Of a stretch of DNA of 64,000 bases, positions 60,170 to 64,000 are shown piece by piece (position 1 is the stretch's first letter; each line of letters begins with the position of its first letter). Origin of the DNA: Burkholderiales bacterium (GTDB lineage: Bacteria; Pseudomonadota; Gammaproteobacteria; Burkholderiales; JAEUOS01); NCBI GenBank assembly GCA_947473125.1, contig CANJDH010000003.1, forward strand, positions 3,427 to 67,426. The letters are read 5' to 3'. A program made the position numbers and the translations under genes. A model generated the notes under the pieces. The model had not been told where the DNA came from, did no database searches, and was given only the letters and a program-made list of their open reading frames with translations.

Positions 60170-60801
60170 TCAGGCCGCACCTCGCAACTCTGATTTTCGC
60201 CGCCTGCCTTGCGTGTGCCACGGGCGCCCCCGTCTGGGCCGAAAAGGCCGATCGTGACAAGCCGGTCAATATCGAAGCCCAGCGCATGACTTATGACGAC
60301 TTGCGACAGGTCAACGTGTTCGAGGGGCGCGTGGTGCTTACGCAAGGCTCTTTGACCATCCTCGCTGACCGCATCACGGTACGGCAGGATCCGGAGGGAT
60401 TCCAGCACGGCACGGCTGAAAAAGGGCCCGATGGTTTTGCCTATTTCAGGCAAAAGCGCGAAGGCGTGGACGAGATCGTCCAAGGATGGGGGGATCGGAT
60501 CGAATATGACGCCAAAGGCGAAAAAGCCGACATGATCGGTCGCGCGCGCTTCTTGCGAGGCGCCGACGAAGTGCGCGGCAACACGATTCGCTACGACGGG
60601 CGAACCGAGTTCTATAGCGTGGTCGGCGGCAACCCGGACTCCGCAACGCCGAACAATGCGGACGGCAGGGTGCGCGCCACGATCCAGCCGCGCTCAACGG
60701 CACCCGCCGTTCCGGCGGCCCGGTCCGGAGACTTGACGCTGAAACCAACCGGAGGCATCGCCGCGCCGCGACTGTCCTATCCGGAACCGGAAAAAAAATG
60801 A
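60166..60801 (+). CDS. lptA: LPS export periplasmic protein LptA
   Basis: Signal peptide; [19 protein letters not shown] and GRVRATIQP. Confidence 0.94.
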   Translation: MIRPHLATLIFAACLACATGAPVWAEKADRDKPVNIEAQRMTYDDLRQVNVFEGRVVLTQGSLTILADRITVRQDPEGFQHGTAEKGPDGFAYFRQKREGVDEIVQGWGDRIEYDAKGEKADMIGRARFLRGADEVRGNTIRYDGRTEFYSVVGGNPDSATPNNADGRVRATIQPRSTAPAVPAARSGDLTLKPTGGIAAPRLSYPEPEKK

Positions 60802-61520
60802 GCTCGCTGGTAACCCACGGCCTCAAGAAGCGCTACAAGTCGCGAGAGGTCGTGAAGGACGTCTCGTTCGAGGTGGCGAACGGCGAGGTGGTGGGCTTGC
60901 TCGGACCTAATGGCGCCGGCAAAACCACCTGTTTTTACATGGTAGTGGGATTGACCGGCGCGGACGCCGGAAGTATCAGCATTGCGGGGGAGGATGCCAC
61001 CCGCCTGCCGATTCACCAGCGTGCACGACTCGGCCTGTCATACCTGCCGCAGGAAGCCTCGGTCTTTCGAAAATTGAGCGTCGCGGAAAATATCCGCGCC
61101 GTGCTCGAATTGCAGGCGCTGACGCGCACCCAGATTGACGCGCGTCTCGAAGAGCTTCTCGGCGAGCTCGGCATTGCCGGGTTGGCGCGCAATCCGGCAA
61201 TGTCGCTCTCGGGTGGCGAGCGACGCCGAGTCGAAATCGCGCGCGCGCTGGCGACCAAGCCGCGTTTTGTGCTCCTCGATGAGCCGTTTGCGGGCGTCGA
61301 CCCGATTGCGGTACTCGATATCCAGAAAATCATCCGATTCCTCAAGGACCGCGGCATCGGCGTGCTGATTACCGATCACAACGTTCGCGAGACCCTTGGC
61401 ATTTGCGATCGCGCCTACATCATCAATGACGGCCGCGTGCTTGCCTCAGGCACGCCCGATACCATCGTCGCCGACGAGAGCGTGCGCAGGGTATACCTGG
61501 GCGAACATTTCCGGCTTTGA
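60798..61520 (+). CDS. lptB: LPS export ABC ATPase
   Basis: [35 protein letters not shown] and VYLG. Confidence 0.98.
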   Translation: MSSLVTHGLKKRYKSREVVKDVSFEVANGEVVGLLGPNGAGKTTCFYMVVGLTGADAGSISIAGEDATRLPIHQRARLGLSYLPQEASVFRKLSVAENIRAVLELQALTRTQIDARLEELLGELGIAGLARNPAMSLSGGERRRVEIARALATKPRFVLLDEPFAGVDPIAVLDIQKIIRFLKDRGIGVLITDHNVRETLGICDRAYIINDGRVLASGTPDTIVADESVRRVYLGEHFRL

Positions 61521-61532
61521 GCCGGCGTCCCC

Positions 61533-62945
61533 ATGAAGCAGGCGCTCCACCTCAAGCTGTCGCAGCATCTGACGTTGACCCCGCAGCTGCAGCAGTCGAT
61601 TCGCCTGTTGCAGCTCTCGACGCTGGAACTGGAGCAGGAAATCGAGCAGATGCTGTCCGACAACCCTCTGCTGGAGAGGGAGGACGAGCCCAACTCGTAT
61701 GCCGGCGCCGAACAACCAGTAACCGAATCGCTGCCCGATGCCTTCGGGCCACAGGGCGGTGATGCGCCGCCAGACTGGGCGGAGCGCGAGTCAGCGCCGG
61801 GTCCTTCGGCACCGCGAGAGAGCGATGACGATAATCCTACCGAGAGGCAACCCGCAACCGCGACGACATTGCGCGCGCACTTGGTCGAACAACTCGCAGT
61901 CATGCGGCTCTCCCCTCGCGATCACGCCTTGGCGAGCACCCTCGCCGAAGCGCTTGACGAAGACGGCTACCTGCGCCAACCGCTTGACGAGATCCACCAG
62001 ATACTCGGCGAGGAAATCGAAATCGGGGAGCTTCAGGTCGCACTTGCGCTATTGCAGTCCTGCGACCCCGCCGGCGTTGGTGCGCGCGACCTTGGCGAGT
62101 GCATGCACCTGCAACTGCGCACGCTGCCGCAGACGCCGGCCCGTGAGCTGGCCGACCGAATTGCCAGGGGGCACCTTGATGTGCTGGCCGCACGCGACTT
62201 CACCGCGCTCAAACGCGCCTGCAAATGCGACGATGCAGAACTCAAGGCAGCGCGCGACCTGTTGCTCTCCCTCGATCCGCGCCCCGGCGCACCGTTTGGG
62301 GATCGCGACGTTCGCTATGTGACGCCCGACGTGATTCTGCGGAAAATCCGCAACGTCTGGCGCGTCCATGTCAATCCTGCCGCTGTGCCGCGCTTGAAGA
62401 TCAACCGCATGTACGCCGACATCCTGTCGCGCGAGCGCGGACGCGGCGCCCATGCCGGTGAAGGCGGACTGTTGAGCCAATTGCAGGAAGCGCGCTGGCT
62501 GCTCAAGAACGTGCAACAACGATTTGAAACCATCGAACGCGTGGCGCAAGCCATCGTTGAGCGGCAACGCCATTTCTTCGACCATGGTGAAGTCGCCATG
62601 CGTCCCCTGGTATTGCGCGAAATTGCCGACGAGCTCGGTCTGCACGAGTCAACGATTTCCCGTGTCACCACCAATAAGTATCTGCTCACTCCGCGCGGGA
62701 TCTTTGAATTGAAGTACTTTTTCGGTAGTCATGTGGCAACCGATACCGGAGGGGCTTGCTCTTCTACCGCAATCCGCGCTTTAATAAAGCAACTGGTCAC
62801 CTCGGAGGATCTCAAAAGACCCCTTTCAGACTCGAAAATTGCCGATATCCTTGGCCAGCAAGGCATCGTCGTCGCGCGACGCACCATTGCAAAGTACCGC
62901 GACGTTCTCAAGATTCCGCCAGCCAATCTCCGTAAGTCGCTTTAA
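61533..62945 (+). CDS. rpoN: RNA polymerase sigma54
   Basis: LTPQLQQSIRLLQL, HESTISR and RpoN box ARRTIAKYR. Confidence 0.99.
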   Translation: MKQALHLKLSQHLTLTPQLQQSIRLLQLSTLELEQEIEQMLSDNPLLEREDEPNSYAGAEQPVTESLPDAFGPQGGDAPPDWAERESAPGPSAPRESDDDNPTERQPATATTLRAHLVEQLAVMRLSPRDHALASTLAEALDEDGYLRQPLDEIHQILGEEIEIGELQVALALLQSCDPAGVGARDLGECMHLQLRTLPQTPARELADRIARGHLDVLAARDFTALKRACKCDDAELKAARDLLLSLDPRPGAPFGDRDVRYVTPDVILRKIRNVWRVHVNPAAVPRLKINRMYADILSRERGRGAHAGEGGLLSQLQEARWLLKNVQQRFETIERVAQAIVERQRHFFDHGEVAMRPLVLREIADELGLHESTISRVTTNKYLLTPRGIFELKYFFGSHVATDTGGACSSTAIRALIKQLVTSEDLKRPLSDSKIADILGQQGIVVARRTIAKYRDVLKIPPANLRKSL

Positions 62946-62965
62946 GTACTAACCAGGAGGCAAGT

Positions 62966-63286
62966 ATGAACTTCACCGTGAGCGGCCATCATGTATCCGT
63001 GACTCCCGCCATCCGCGACTACGTTCTCTCCAAGCTCGATCGGGTCGGACGGCACTTCGACCACGTGATTGACGTCAGCGTGATCCTTTCCGTCGAGAAG
63101 CTGGTGCACAAGGCAGAAGTCAACGTGCATGTCCGCGGCAAGGACATTTTTGTTGAAACGATCGACGAAAATATGTACGCTGCCATCGATACGCTGGCTG
63201 ACAAGCTTGACCGCCAGGTACAAAAATACAAGGAGCGCGCCTACAACCACGCGCATGAACCGCTCAAGCGTCAGGCAGTCAACTGA
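62966..63286 (+). CDS. hpf: ribosome hibernation promoting factor
   Basis: VTPAIRDYV..KL and MYAAID; downstream of rpoN. Confidence 0.96.
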   Translation: MNFTVSGHHVSVTPAIRDYVLSKLDRVGRHFDHVIDVSVILSVEKLVHKAEVNVHVRGKDIFVETIDENMYAAIDTLADKLDRQVQKYKERAYNHAHEPLKRQAVN

Positions 63287-63324
63287 TCTACCGTTGTTAC
63301 CCCCTGCCAATTGAGCAGCTCCCG

Positions 63325-63354
63325 CGCCCCACCTCCGGTGGGGCGTATAATTTT
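63325..63354 (+). terminator. hairpin after hpf (terminator-like, abuts a TATAAT)
   Basis: CGCCCCACC-tcc-GGTGGGGCG followed by TATAATTTT. Confidence 0.45.
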
Positions 63355-63464
63355 CAGTTCCCGAATGGTCATGCGCCTTGTGGTCCGGCTTGGTGCGGCG
63401 CCATGACTTACCCGGCGACCCGGTCAACCAGCCGCAACCGTCAGCGCCCACTACCTTGTCAAAG

Positions 63465-63977
63465 ATGAAATCGAGCGGCAGCCCCTCTCCCGCACAAGTA
63501 ATCGCACGGCTGCTGCCGTCCGCCAATGTAGTGTTGGACCTTGATCTGGCCAGCAAGCGCCGGGTGTTTGACGAAGCGGGCCTGCTGTTCCAGAACAACC
63601 AGGGGATCGCGCGCGCCACGGTGTTCGACAGCCTGTTTGCGCGAGAACGGCTAGGGTCGACCGGCCTGGGCCAAGGGGTTGCCATCCCGCACGGGCGCAT
63701 CGCCAAATTGACGGCGCCAGTCGGCGCTTTTTTGCGCCTGAAGGAGGCCATTCCGTTCGAAGCACCCGATGCCAAGCCGGTGAACCTGCTGTTCTTCGTA
63801 TTGGTTCCGGAGAAGGCCACGGATACCCACTTGCAAATCCTTGCCTCTCTGGCCGAAATGTTCGCAGATGCCTCTATGCGCAACGCCCTCGCATCCCTGG
63901 CAAATGCGGCAGAGGTGCACCACGCCCTAACCAACTTCAACGCTGATGCAACTCCTTACGCTCAAAGCGCTGTTTGA
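63465..63977 (+). CDS. ptsN: PTS EIIA(Ntr)
   Basis: SKRRVF, RERLGSTGLGQGVAIPHGR and HLQILA; start uncertain. Confidence 0.95.
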   Translation: MKSSGSPSPAQVIARLLPSANVVLDLDLASKRRVFDEAGLLFQNNQGIARATVFDSLFARERLGSTGLGQGVAIPHGRIAKLTAPVGAFLRLKEAIPFEAPDAKPVNLLFFVLVPEKATDTHLQILASLAEMFADASMRNALASLANAAEVHHALTNFNADATPYAQSAV

Positions 63978-64000
63978 CGAAGTAGCCGACGAACTCGATC
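63946..64000 (+). CDS. probable N-terminus of HPr kinase/phosphorylase (truncated by the window edge)
   Basis: ATG 63946 gives MQLLTLKALFDEVADELD, open to the edge. hprK commonly follows ptsN in betaproteobacteria; only 18 codons are visible. Confidence 0.45.
   Translation, partial: MQLLTLKALFDEVADELD

Overview
GC-rich betaproteobacterial chromosomal segment. Most of it is a conserved housekeeping block: the 5' part of the dcw cluster (mraZ-rsmH-ftsL-ftsI-murE-murF-mraY-murD, with murD running off the left edge), rpoH with a perfect CIRCE, tRNA-Thr(UGU), sspAB, petABC, mscL, a Nif3-like gene, degQ, tatABC, HIT, hisGDCBHAFIE, murA, bolA, a YadGH-like ABC pair, mlaFEDACB and kef/kdsD-kdsC-lptCAB-rpoN-hpf-ptsN-(hprK). 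Two accessory pieces interrupt this block. One is a SulP-STAS-cNMP transporter between murA and hisG. The other is a ~20-kb type IV filament locus (35975-55914) between mlaF and kef/kdsD, which is the best candidate for an uncharacterised system. It combines an MshL-like lipoprotein secretin, an ExeA/MshM-like ATPase, a TPR protein, one extension ATPase (no PilT), a GspL/M/C-like platform, two Cys-rich minor pilins and an unusually large 233-aa major pilin. The pilin has a full enhancer-IHF-sigma54 promoter. The locus also carries a two-component pair resembling the PEP-CTERM regulators PrsK/PrsR, and an ABC exporter whose ATPase and permease lie ~17 kb apart at opposite ends. Non-coding oddities there are a 70-bp tandem duplication, C9, C12 and (CG)8 slippage tracts and a perfect 22-bp hairpin. 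No integrase, transposase, CRISPR array or rRNA was seen. Family assignments come from motif recognition only; no database searches were run.
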